Source: a virus (Duplodnaviria; Caudoviricetes). From it: a DNA stretch of 29,452 nucleotides. Shown here in pieces: positions 15,691-24,524 of the stretch. The position numbers and the translations under genes were made by a program. The stretch lies in IMG/VR virus record IMGVR_UViG_3300046009_001082, positions 1 through 29,452 of that record. The stretch is one strand, 5' to 3'. The stretch's first letter is position 1; each line of letters starts with the position of its first letter. The notes beneath the pieces are model-generated. The model ran no database searches and was not told the DNA's origin. It saw only the letters and a program-made list of their open reading frames with translations.

Positions 15691-17096
15691 TAATATATTG
15701 TCCAATAAGTGTTAATATTTGTTTCAATAGCTACTCTATTAGCAGATTGTTCAGAGTTCCAATAAATATATTCTTGATATTGACAAGTTGTTGGATTAGA
15801 ATTTGGGAATCCCCAAATAGCCATATTATTTCCTGCTCCAGGTGCTTCCGTAAAAGTTACTGCTAAAGCACTTCCATTAAGGTATGCTGTTCTTAAGTTA
15901 CTTGCATTTTTTTCTGAAGTCATTATAAAATTACCTGTACTAGTATTAGTACCGTGAGTAACTATTGTAGGCATATCACTTCTTATTGCACCTGTTGTAG
16001 GTGACCAATATAAAGGTTCTTGTCCGTTTAATCCACCAATACTTGATGCTACTCCTAATTGTGCTATTCCACCAGCATTAGAAGTTCTATTAACAACACC
16101 TACTGATAAATATTTAGTATTTGGATTTATTCCTGGCGACAAATCATATCTATCACTTGTCCAAGTAGTAGTTGTTTTATTTGTAATAGCATTTAAGTTA
16201 GGGAATCCATTTGTAAAAATTGCAGCTTGATTTAAAACTGCGTCTTGAGTTGCATTATTACTATTTCCGCTTTGGTCATACCATCTTCTCACAAATGCAT
16301 CCGCTGCTCTTACTGTTGTTGTTTTAAAGTAAGGAACAACAGAACTACCACCACTAATTTGTGCTCCCCACACATAGCATCCCGAGCCTGCTGTTCCAAG
16401 ATAAGTCTGAGTAGTTCCATTAGTCAATCTAACTTGAAAACCAGTTGTTACTGATGTAAGAGCTGATGTTACAAATAACTCAACTTTCCACCAACCGCTT
16501 CCAACAGATGTTATAGTAGGTGAATTAGCAAAATTATTTTGAACAACAGCACCAGTGGTTAAATTAACTCTTAATACTTGAGAAGAACCTGCAATTCCAC
16601 TTACAATATCAACTATAGTTCTTTCTGCTGATTTTAAATAAACTGATAAAAAATAACTAGAGCTATTATTAATAGTTCCAGATGATTGTGTAACTTGATG
16701 ATTTGAATTTACAGCAGTTTCTTCTAATTTATCAGCATTACCTCCTCCAACAGGAGCAGCAATAACACCAGTAGATACTGTGCTTCCTACCTTTAACCAG
16801 GTAGTATTGAAATTCTCTGATTGAAGTAATAAATTGTTACCAAAAAATGACTCAATACCAGCGATGTCTAAATCACCGTTTGTATCAAATCCAAAATCTT
16901 GTTCTGTATTATCAACAAATCTTCTTACTCTTATTGCACTTCCTGAATAAGCATTTCTTAATTTACGTAAAGAATAGGCTACAGCCGCATTAGGGTAAGT
17001 ATCTAGCAATAAGGGGGTAACAGTATTTGAAGCTAATGCTATATTACACCCTTTACTTACGCCAAGAACTTTATTAAAATTAATATTAGTGCCCAT
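15690..17096 (-). CDS. Fibre/spike protein: LamG/AbfB-catalytic-like fold with an inserted carbohydrate-binding-like domain
   Basis: AAVAYSLRKLRNAYSGSAIRVRR...EQDFGF and FVRRWYDQSGNSNNATQ flank an NLLLQSENF...SVYLK...GWWKV...YVWGAQ module. T/S/N/G-rich. Confidence 0.65.
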   Translation of the reverse strand: MGTNINFNKVLGVSKGCNIALASNTVTPLLLDTYPNAAVAYSLRKLRNAYSGSAIRVRRFVDNTEQDFGFDTNGDLDIAGIESFFGNNLLLQSENFNTTWLKVGSTVSTGVIAAPVGGGNADKLEETAVNSNHQVTQSSGTINNSSSYFLSVYLKSAERTIVDIVSGIAGSSQVLRVNLTTGAVVQNNFANSPTITSVGSGWWKVELFVTSALTSVTTGFQVRLTNGTTQTYLGTAGSGCYVWGAQISGGSSVVPYFKTTTVRAADAFVRRWYDQSGNSNNATQDAVLNQAAIFTNGFPNLNAITNKTTTTWTSDRYDLSPGINPNTKYLSVGVVNRTSNAGGIAQLGVASSIGGLNGQEPLYWSPTTGAIRSDMPTIVTHGTNTSTGNFIMTSEKNASNLRTAYLNGSALAVTFTEAPGAGNNMAIWGFPNSNPTTCQYQEYIYWNSEQSANRVAIETNINTYWTIY

Positions 17097-17653
17097 TAAT
17101 AAGTTTTAGTTAAGGTAAATATTTCTGAATAAATTGAATTATTTGTGTCTGCTGTACCCCACCTAGCTACAATAATTAATTCATTATCAATAGTTGTATC
17201 AAAAGTTGTATCGTTTACAATACTAAAATTAACTCCTTCAAAATTAAGACCTCCATTTTTAGTGTAAGCAAACAAACCTCCTGATGCAATAGATGCTTCA
17301 GTAGCTATTCCTAATGCTCTTACTGTAAAATCTATATTTATATTCCAATGCTTATTTGTAGTAGGGCTAAGAGTCATATTATTAGTATCAGCCAATAAAA
17401 TTCCATCAACTGTTTTAATTATTATTTTTAAAGTAGCCGAACCTGAACAAGATATATGACCAGCTAAAGAGGCTCTAAAACTATCTCCTACTTTAAATCC
17501 ATTAGCAGGTACAAATAAACTTCCTACTCCTCCATTTATTAATGGAAGCTCGTCTGTAGTATCGGTAATAGGAGTACTATTTGCTGTTTGAGCAAATAAA
17601 CCTCCTGTTTTAGTATAAGGATTTAAGTAAGATAAATCTATATGAGTGCTCAC
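17096..17653 (-). CDS. Putative structural/fibre-associated beta-sandwich protein
   Basis: 185 aa. GTG start overlaps the upstream tandem stop codons. T/G/N-rich beta pattern (GGLFAQT...VGDSF...FDTTIDN). Confidence 0.6.
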   Translation of the reverse strand: MSTHIDLSYLNPYTKTGGLFAQTANSTPITDTTDELPLINGGVGSLFVPANGFKVGDSFRASLAGHISCSGSATLKIIIKTVDGILLADTNNMTLSPTTNKHWNINIDFTVRALGIATEASIASGGLFAYTKNGGLNFEGVNFSIVNDTTFDTTIDNELIIVARWGTADTNNSIYSEIFTLTKTY

Positions 17654-17655
17654 TA

Positions 17656-18108
17656 CTAGGTAAGTGTAATAATCAATAATTCAGCTCCTGAAGCAGAAGA
17701 ATCATAAGAAATAGATGCTAATGTATTGTCAATACCTCCTGCATCAAAATTAATTGTTTCTCCTACTTTTAATGTAACACCTCCAACAGTAGCGTCAACA
17801 GTTCCTACACTAGCAAAAGATACTGAATAAGCTCCTGCGGCTACAGAGGAATTAGAAGAAGTTCTTAAAATTGTAGGAGTTCTTTCAATAGCATTACTAT
17901 CTACTGTAATAATATTACCACCATCTTGGATATTAACAGCAGCTGCTCCAGCAGGATTTTGAACCGTTACGTTTTCTAATGCTGTTAATGTTGCAGGACT
18001 TAAATCAACAGGTCCTATTGTATTTACTTTTACTAACAGTTCTTCTTGTCCTGTTACTTGTGCTCTAGTATTATTTTTGCCTACAATGGCTACTTCTCTT
18101 TGTGACAT
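17656..18108 (-). CDS. Putative structural protein
   Basis: 150 aa, V/T/A/S-rich, containing VNIQDGGNIITVD and LKVGETINFDAG. Ends TAG TAG TGA. Confidence 0.6.
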   Translation of the reverse strand: MSQREVAIVGKNNTRAQVTGQEELLVKVNTIGPVDLSPATLTALENVTVQNPAGAAAVNIQDGGNIITVDSNAIERTPTILRTSSNSSVAAGAYSVSFASVGTVDATVGGVTLKVGETINFDAGGIDNTLASISYDSSASGAELLIITLT

Positions 18109-18123
18109 TGTTATATTTTTAAG

Positions 18124-18375
18124 TTATTTATTTAATAGTTTTTTTATTGTGCTGTATGTAATAGTGTTGTAATTAGTAGTGTTATTAGCTATATCTCTCG
18201 GGTCGTAACAATTTAGTATTTCTAATACTCTTCTTTGTTCTTTTAAAGACTCTTGAAGTTTACATACTTCTACTCCAAAAATTAGATTATTTACATACTC
18301 TAGTACACATTTAGAATATTCACATTGTTTATTCCAAACTTCTAGTTTATAACATTGTATTGCTTCAGTAGACAT
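18124..18375 (-). CDS. Small Cys-containing helical protein, possible tail hub component
   Basis: 83 aa with 5 Cys, in the hub/fibre cluster. Confidence 0.55.
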   Translation of the reverse strand: MSTEAIQCYKLEVWNKQCEYSKCVLEYVNNLIFGVEVCKLQESLKEQRRVLEILNCYDPRDIANNTTNYNTITYSTIKKLLNK

Positions 18376-18385
18376 TTTTTTATTG

Positions 18386-18904
18386 TTAAGCTATGACAAC
18401 TACTCTTACTACTACACTTAAAGCAGAGCCTGCAAAAGTACAAGTAATATCACCTGTTACATTACTTATAGTAACTGATAGTCCACTATTAGTATCGTTT
18501 GCTAATGTCCATAAATTAACAAAAGGTCCTGAAGAAGGTCTATACCAAACTTGTACTTGTAAATTATTAAAACCTGCGGCAACACTACCAAACAAACAAC
18601 CGTTAGGTACAGCAGTGCAAGATGTTAATTCTGTTCTTGTAATAGCACAAGTACCACTTTCTAAATTAGAAGTAAAATCTTTAACAAATTTAAAAGCATT
18701 TGTGCCGTTAGTACCATTAGTACCTGCTGAACCTGTAGCACCTGTTGCTCCAGTTGGGCCAGTTAAATCAGGCGAAGTATAACTAGTGCCATCAGTATAA
18801 TAGATAGTAAAAGTACCGTCTTCATTGTTTACTGTTGAGCTTACTCCTACTCCGTTTGTTCCTTTAAAAAGAGTTACTTCATTGCAATTATTACAAGTAC
18901 ACAT
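18386..18904 (-). CDS. Short collagen-repeat fibre protein
   Basis: N-terminal MCTCNNC, then NNEDGTFTIYYTDGTSYTSPDL and a Gly-X-Y run GPTGATGATGSAGTNGTNGTN, then a C-terminal beta domain. Confidence 0.7.
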   Translation of the reverse strand: MCTCNNCNEVTLFKGTNGVGVSSTVNNEDGTFTIYYTDGTSYTSPDLTGPTGATGATGSAGTNGTNGTNAFKFVKDFTSNLESGTCAITRTELTSCTAVPNGCLFGSVAAGFNNLQVQVWYRPSSGPFVNLWTLANDTNSGLSVTISNVTGDITCTFAGSALSVVVRVVVIA

Positions 18905-18924
18905 AGTTAGTTGTTATTTATTTA

Positions 18925-19767
18925 TTAGCAATTACCTGAACACCCACAACTTGTGCAACCTACAATAGTCTCACAAAAAGTTGAAGCAGCGTTTAGTATG
19001 TTATCAGCAGTATCAAAGTCAGCACAAGCAAAAGCACTTTTGATTCCATAGATAAATATTTCCATTTGGTCAACCTGCTCCTTTAACTTGTTTACTGCTG
19101 GCGTATCACAAGCATTAATTAACTTTAATACTAATGCATCTTTACAATTACATAGATTGCATATAAACAATACATGTTGAGTTTCATTAGTATATATCTC
19201 ATCTTCAGGTCCTATAACTGTATAAACTAGTTGGTAAATCCCATCAGGGTTATTCCAAGTAGCTTCAGTTAAAATAGGAAAACTCCCAGGTACGGGAGCA
19301 GAGACTACATTTGCATATAAATCAATGCCTGCAGTATTGTCTTTTAGTATGTATTGAGAAGTTACAGAAACTCCGTTAATTACAGTTAAAGAAATAGGTT
19401 GAGAAATATTAACTTGGTAAGTACCTCCGTTGTTAGTTCCGTTACCTGTAAGGAATGCTGTGATTACTGTTCCAGGAGCAATTCCTGGAGCTATTAGTGC
19501 TTGACCAATAGCAAAAGTTCCTGATAAATGCGTTACATCTGTAAAAACGTTACCAACAATGGTTCCGTTTCCTGATGCTAATATTGCAGGAGTCTGTTCT
19601 AAGTTATAGAACGCTACGCTTGCGTATTGTACTTCGTCTGTATCTATGTTAGGCGAACCCCAGCCTCCTGTATTAGTAGTTATTACGTAAGGATTAGTTT
19701 GCTCTGTAAAAGAAATTAGATTGCATTTACCTGATAAACTACTAGATATTTTAGGGAGTAGAGCCAT
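18925..19767 (-). CDS. Putative tail hub/fibre-attachment protein with Cys-rich C-terminus
   Basis: NTGGWGSPN, PDGIYQLVYTV, CNLCNC and a terminal CTSCGCSGNC. It follows the auxiliary capsid-like gene, as crAss hub genes do. Confidence 0.6.
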   Translation of the reverse strand: MALLPKISSSLSGKCNLISFTEQTNPYVITTNTGGWGSPNIDTDEVQYASVAFYNLEQTPAILASGNGTIVGNVFTDVTHLSGTFAIGQALIAPGIAPGTVITAFLTGNGTNNGGTYQVNISQPISLTVINGVSVTSQYILKDNTAGIDLYANVVSAPVPGSFPILTEATWNNPDGIYQLVYTVIGPEDEIYTNETQHVLFICNLCNCKDALVLKLINACDTPAVNKLKEQVDQMEIFIYGIKSAFACADFDTADNILNAASTFCETIVGCTSCGCSGNC

Positions 19768-19783
19768 AACAATTTTATATATT

Positions 19784-19791
19784 CAAAAGTA
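19784..19791 (-). promoter_or_regulatory. Candidate Bacteroidota sigma70 -7 element (TACTTTTG)
   Basis: TAnnTTTG match immediately after the terminator U-tract, 16 nt upstream of the ATG at 19767. Confidence 0.45.
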
Positions 19792-19849
19792 AACAAAAAA
19801 ATAGTAGTGCCCACCACATAGACAGCAAAATTTCTGTGGTGGGACTACT
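19791..19849 (-). terminator. Rho-independent terminator after the 431-aa gene, with a large 16-nt loop
   Basis: Arms agtagt-g-cccaccaca (19803-19818) and tgtggtggg-actact (19835-19849). On the minus strand the stem is followed by ATTTTTTTGTTT. Confidence 0.75.
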
Positions 19850-19862
19850 GGGGGTGGAGAAT

Positions 19863-21158
19863 TTACTCGTCAAAATCTGCTGCAGTAAGACCTAAAGCTA
19901 CTACAAATGTTTCACCATTGTTAGCTGTAGATGTGTCTAAGTCTCCTGAAGAATCTAAATTAAGATATACTACTACGTTACCTCTTGCAGTTGAAGCTGA
20001 AACTAATCCGCCAATATTCTCTTCCCAAGCAATGTTAAGAGCAGAGTATTTAGAAGTAGCAGCAGTGTTACCACCTACTCCTGGGATTTTAACAACTTGG
20101 TCACGAGGTATAGAAGGAGTAGCCAATTGGTTATTTTCTCCTTCAAAACCGTAGTTCATATATTCGTCCATAGCAACTTGTTGCCATACACCATTACCAT
20201 TACGAGCACCAGTAAGCAAAGTAACTAAAGTAGACGTATCTGAGAAAGTTACATTGAAACGGTTAGCGTAGTAATCTCTAAATGTGTTAACATTAAATGG
20301 AGCAGCAACACCTGTTAAACGTACACCGTAGTCACCAGGAGTTCCTACAATACCTACTTGAGAAGCTGCTGTAGTACCACCTGCTACTAAACCTGTATCA
20401 CCTTGGTAAGCATAGTTTAAAGTAACAGACGTAGTAGAAGAAGCTGTAATTTTATAAGCTACTCCTAATGAACGTAAGATACCACCTACAGTTGGAGCTG
20501 TAGCTGTAGAAGCTGCACCTGCACTGTCAGTAAACAAAGCTACTTTAGAGCCTTTAGTAAAAGATAAGTGTGTAGCAGTTCCTACCCAGTCAGCTTGAGT
20601 TCCAGCAACTAATGCTTCAAACTTCAAGTAACCATTAGCAGGCTCTTGTGCAAAGTTTTTCAAACCATTTGCAACTAATGCAAAAGCCAATTCTTCTTGA
20701 GTACCTGTAGCACTAGTTTTAACAGGTCCAGCAAATAAACTCATAGGTTGAGAACGGTTAGCTGCATCGTTATCGTGCTTACGAACTTTGATAAAGAAAT
20801 CAGAGTTGTTAGCTACAGGAAGAGCTCCAGTTGTACCATTATAACCAACAGTAGTAACTTGCTGAACAGCAGGTTTGTGTTTAGCAATAGTAAACTTAGT
20901 AGTTCCTTTAGTAATAACTGGTGATTTCATTAATGGCTCATTAGCTCCTTTACCTTGTACTACAAAGTATTGGTCACCATTAGCTAACGCTGCATATTCA
21001 GTGTTAGACATTCTACGTAACCCTAAGTCACATAATACTACTGCACCTGCAGGTAAATTTGCATTAGTGATAACTGTACCTACAGACGGCAATGCTGTAG
21101 TAGCTACATTCACGTCGTTTAGCACTACGCTAAACACATTGTTTGCTTTTCTTAACAT
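19863..21158 (-). CDS. Auxiliary capsid / decoration-type protein (crAss conserved structural gene)
   Basis: 431 aa, A/T/G/V-rich. Third gene after the MCP and followed by a strong terminator, consistent with a high-copy virion protein. Confidence 0.6.
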   Translation of the reverse strand: MLRKANNVFSVVLNDVNVATTALPSVGTVITNANLPAGAVVLCDLGLRRMSNTEYAALANGDQYFVVQGKGANEPLMKSPVITKGTTKFTIAKHKPAVQQVTTVGYNGTTGALPVANNSDFFIKVRKHDNDAANRSQPMSLFAGPVKTSATGTQEELAFALVANGLKNFAQEPANGYLKFEALVAGTQADWVGTATHLSFTKGSKVALFTDSAGAASTATAPTVGGILRSLGVAYKITASSTTSVTLNYAYQGDTGLVAGGTTAASQVGIVGTPGDYGVRLTGVAAPFNVNTFRDYYANRFNVTFSDTSTLVTLLTGARNGNGVWQQVAMDEYMNYGFEGENNQLATPSIPRDQVVKIPGVGGNTAATSKYSALNIAWEENIGGLVSASTARGNVVVYLNLDSSGDLDTSTANNGETFVVALGLTAADFDE

Positions 21159-21187
21159 TTTATTTTATTTTAAATTATTAATCTTTT

Positions 21188-21952
21188 TTATTCTAAATCT
21201 TTGAATCCTTCTATTAAAGGAACTTTTTGCTCTTTAACTCTTTGTAGTAATAAGTCTGCTGCAATATCTACTATAACTACGTGAGTTGAAGTATCTAATT
21301 CACAGTTTCTTTGATTAGCAGAAGTATCTCTATCTACTACTATATCTAGTGGGTTTTTAACATATCTAATATGATAATTAGTAATGTTAAAAGTCTTATC
21401 AGTAAACAATTCGTGACGTTTAGCAGTTGCAGTAGCACTAGGTAAAATACCAGAAGTACTTCTTGAAAACTCAGAACGCCAAACTCTACAATCTCCCGTA
21501 GTGTTGTAAAACGGTTTTTTGTATTTGCTCCAATTAAATCTTTGCATTTCATTGTGAGCAATTGTTACTATGTACCCAATAATAAACTCCTCTGTTCCAC
21601 ATATCTTTTTGTCTATAGTACATTCTTCGTAAATAGTGTACATGTGGTCGAGCGGTAAATCAAAGAACTTTCCTATAACATAATTATTCGTAATAACACC
21701 TGTTTGAGAAGCAGAAGCTACCAAGTTGTTGCCGTCTTTAACTAGTGCAGCTAATCCTTGGTTTCTTATTTCAATTTCTTCAAAGCCTTTGCCTTTTCTA
21801 TTGTTTACTTCATCAAAAAACTTTTTAACGTATAGCTGTTGTGCTTCGGATAATACAGAAGTGTAATCAAAATCTTCATATCCAGGGGAACCAAAACTAG
21901 ATACTCTATCTACTTTTTCGTCCAGCAAGTTAGCCATTTCGTTAGCCGTCAT
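21188..21952 (-). CDS. Ring/adaptor structural protein (crAss conserved gene)
   Basis: MTANEM...SPGYED...SVLSEAQ...GFEEIE...LAALVK, YHIRYVKNP and CELDTSTHVVIVDIA, typical of the crAss gene two positions after the MCP. Confidence 0.7.
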   Translation of the reverse strand: MTANEMANLLDEKVDRVSSFGSPGYEDFDYTSVLSEAQQLYVKKFFDEVNNRKGKGFEEIEIRNQGLAALVKDGNNLVASASQTGVITNNYVIGKFFDLPLDHMYTIYEECTIDKKICGTEEFIIGYIVTIAHNEMQRFNWSKYKKPFYNTTGDCRVWRSEFSRSTSGILPSATATAKRHELFTDKTFNITNYHIRYVKNPLDIVVDRDTSANQRNCELDTSTHVVIVDIAADLLLQRVKEQKVPLIEGFKDLE

Positions 21953-22890
21953 TATTTACGTTTTAATAATTCAATTTTTCCTTTTATTCTCATTTTAGAT
22001 TCTTGGTTATCAGGATTTAAAAGATAATTGATAGTATCATTTAAATCTCCTAATTCAGCACCGTTATCTAAAACATATCTTTTTTCTCCTTTACGAATTA
22101 TTGCACCAGCTTCAATAGCTTCTTGTACAAAAATACGCTCGTCATACTGCGGATGATTAACTACTTCTAAGAAATATTTAGGGCTGTTATCAACAACATT
22201 TAATACTTCTCCTTTTAGCCATTCATCAGTAGCAGTAGCAGGAATAGTTCTACCTAGTGATTTAATAAATCCTATGATAGAAGAACGACTGTTTGTAACC
22301 TCAGCAAACTTAATATAAGCTTGAGATTTTACGTTAGCTTCTTCAAGTTTTTGAGATGTAACTTTGCTTTCATCTACAATCATAAACTCGTAAGTAGCTT
22401 TTAATGTTCTTTCATCGTAAGATGGAGAGATAAGCATTCTATTAGAAATCAATATTAGATACTTTAACATATCTAGTGAATGATTTAAATTTAATGTCAT
22501 CCCTTCTTTAGTAATAACTACTCTACCTCTACGATCACTTCTCCAGAAGTTTTTATCTGCTTCTAGTGTAGGGTTTAAGTCTACTCCTAACTCTTTTTCA
22601 AAGAACTCTTTTTGGGTCATTCCGTTAGGAAATGATTCCATATACTTTTGGATTTTGACTCTTTTTTGGTCGTCCAAAATAACTTTTACTCCTCCTCCTT
22701 TTAATTCACTATTAAGTGGTACTTGATAGCTTCTTTTTACTTTGTTATACATAAAAGGGTCTTTTTGTTTTTCTTGACCTTTTACTAATAACGTGCTCCA
22801 TTTTCCTGAAGACTCTACTGCTTTTACTGAAACTAATCTATTTTGTAGAAAAGTACCGTAAACAGTTTTTTGTTTTTCTGCTGTTTCCAT
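21952..22890 (-). CDS. Conserved crAss-like protein encoded immediately after the MCP
   Basis: 312 aa with FFEKELGVDL...NFW...LNLNHSLDMLKYLIL...ATYEFMIVDE and EAIEAGAIIRKG...YLLNPDNQE. Confidence 0.7.
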   Translation of the reverse strand: METAEKQKTVYGTFLQNRLVSVKAVESSGKWSTLLVKGQEKQKDPFMYNKVKRSYQVPLNSELKGGGVKVILDDQKRVKIQKYMESFPNGMTQKEFFEKELGVDLNPTLEADKNFWRSDRRGRVVITKEGMTLNLNHSLDMLKYLILISNRMLISPSYDERTLKATYEFMIVDESKVTSQKLEEANVKSQAYIKFAEVTNSRSSIIGFIKSLGRTIPATATDEWLKGEVLNVVDNSPKYFLEVVNHPQYDERIFVQEAIEAGAIIRKGEKRYVLDNGAELGDLNDTINYLLNPDNQESKMRIKGKIELLKRK

Positions 22891-22892
22891 TT

Positions 22893-22905
22893 TTTGCTGT
22901 CTTAA
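22893..22905 (-). promoter_or_regulatory. Shared leader motif TTAAGACAGCAAA before the 312-aa gene
   Basis: mRNA reads UUAAGACAGCAAAAA-AUG. An identical 13-mer is at 25666-25678. Confidence 0.6.
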
Positions 22906-22930
22906 ATTATTGTATTAAATTCTCCGTTTT

Positions 22931-22964
22931 AAAAAAGTCCTCCTCTTTTTAGGGAGGAGAACTT
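22931..22964 (-). terminator. Rho-independent terminator after the MCP gene
   Basis: Minus strand AAGTTCTCCTC-CCTAAAAA-GAGGAGGACTT-TTTT: an 11-bp stem with one G-U pair, ending in a 6-U run. Confidence 0.7.
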
Positions 22965-22977
22965 ATTTAAATTATTA

Positions 22978-24489
22978 TCATCTTTCAACTACTAAGCGTA
23001 AGTCTACAACTTTAGTTGGGTCTTCAATCATCATACCACCCCATTTCTGGAAATGTACTGAGTAACCGTCAACTGGTGAAGCTACCATTTTAGGTGAACC
23101 TTTACCTGCAGGAGAGAATGGGTCTCTCATACCTGGGATATAAGCCCAATTGTAATCAGGAACTCCTTTAGGTTTAATACGGTAGATACCTGCATTATCT
23201 CCATAATCCAAAGCAAGGATTCTGTGTGATTCTACGATACCTTTTCCGTCAGGGTGACGTTGTGGGAAGTAAACATCATCATCGAAGAAATCAACGATTT
23301 CAACCATAATAGTAACTCCATTGTACCATTCGTAAACATTCCATTGTGGCTCCATTAAACCTTTAGTGTTTTTACCACCTAAGTTTCCTGGGTTAGTGTT
23401 AGAAGTTAAGAATTTGTCAGAGATTACTGTAAATTTACCACCTGCTGATTTAGCATTAATTTGTTTAGAGATTTCGATAGCACCAAACTCACCTGTTAAC
23501 AAGTGGATAGTACGTTTTCCACGCTCTAATTTACCAACACCCATGTCTAACAACATTTCTAAATGCCAGTCAAGGTCATAAGTATTATAGTAATGAACGT
23601 TAGATGGAGCGATTTGCTCAAAGAAACCTGCACCTGATTCGATAGCATATTTCGTTTTGTCATCTTTGTTCAAGTATTTATGGTCAGCAGTCCAGTTTTT
23701 CTTTCCGTACATCAACATACGTGCGAACATTTCTTCGCATTGGTGATGTGCTACTAAATCTTGGTAGTTAATCCATACAGACTCAGATTGTCCTTTGTAG
23801 TTAAAACCAAATTCTAATGGCTCATTTTTACCTTTATTAATAGTGTTACCAGCTACTTCATATTCCATTCTCATTGTTGTAGGACGGTTTTCCATTCTCC
23901 AAGGAGATGTGAAGTAAGGTTTAGCACCTTGATAAGATAATGTAGAAGGACTTAATGAATAGTATTTAGACCAACGAGTTCCAATTGCTAATTCCTCAGA
24001 AGGAACAGTTTTGTTTGGATTGTCAGTTACTAATTCAACTTCAACTTTGTAACGAGAACCAGCATCCATAGCTTTTTTAACTAGTAAGTGGTAATCATCA
24101 ACTTCTCCTCTTAACACGTTTGTTTCTTCAAACAACGGTTCGTCAAAGATTAAGTAGAAACGCTCTCCGTTTGCACCTACGTTAGCAGGGAAAGTTCCAG
24201 CAGAAATAGTAAGACCATTGATTGTTTCAGCGTCTACTAAAGGCAAGTTTTTATCTTGTTGTCCTTGTAGCATCCAGTTGTAAAAACCATTTTCTTGTTC
24301 TACTTCTTTAACAGGAAATCTGTCAACGAACTCACGTAATTTACCTTGTAAATTAGTTTTGTAAATCTCTTTGATAACATTGCTAATTAACTGAGGCTTT
24401 TGTTGGTATAAAGAATAGAAGTGGTTATCTGTTACCAGACCATTGTAATCTTTCGCTTCATACCTTTGTAATGGAAGTAATTGAGCCAT
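22978..24489 (-). CDS. Major capsid protein (crAss-like, HK97 fold)
   Basis: 503 aa after portal and scaffold. Contains GLVTDNH, YNWMLQG, IESGAGFFEQI, TGEFGAIE, HPDGKG..ESHR, YIPGMRDPFSP and VDGYSVH...GMMIEDPT. Confidence 0.9.
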   Translation of the reverse strand: MAQLLPLQRYEAKDYNGLVTDNHFYSLYQQKPQLISNVIKEIYKTNLQGKLREFVDRFPVKEVEQENGFYNWMLQGQQDKNLPLVDAETINGLTISAGTFPANVGANGERFYLIFDEPLFEETNVLRGEVDDYHLLVKKAMDAGSRYKVEVELVTDNPNKTVPSEELAIGTRWSKYYSLSPSTLSYQGAKPYFTSPWRMENRPTTMRMEYEVAGNTINKGKNEPLEFGFNYKGQSESVWINYQDLVAHHQCEEMFARMLMYGKKNWTADHKYLNKDDKTKYAIESGAGFFEQIAPSNVHYYNTYDLDWHLEMLLDMGVGKLERGKRTIHLLTGEFGAIEISKQINAKSAGGKFTVISDKFLTSNTNPGNLGGKNTKGLMEPQWNVYEWYNGVTIMVEIVDFFDDDVYFPQRHPDGKGIVESHRILALDYGDNAGIYRIKPKGVPDYNWAYIPGMRDPFSPAGKGSPKMVASPVDGYSVHFQKWGGMMIEDPTKVVDLRLVVER

Positions 24490-24524
24490 TTTGTTTTTTT
24501 TAAATTGTTAACGGTATATATTTA

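Noticed and set aside
17651-17658. Possible readthrough or fusion of the 150-aa and 185-aa genes
   Set aside because: There are three in-frame stops (TAG TAG TGA) and the next gene is in another frame with an overlapping GTG. Ordinary translational coupling explains it.
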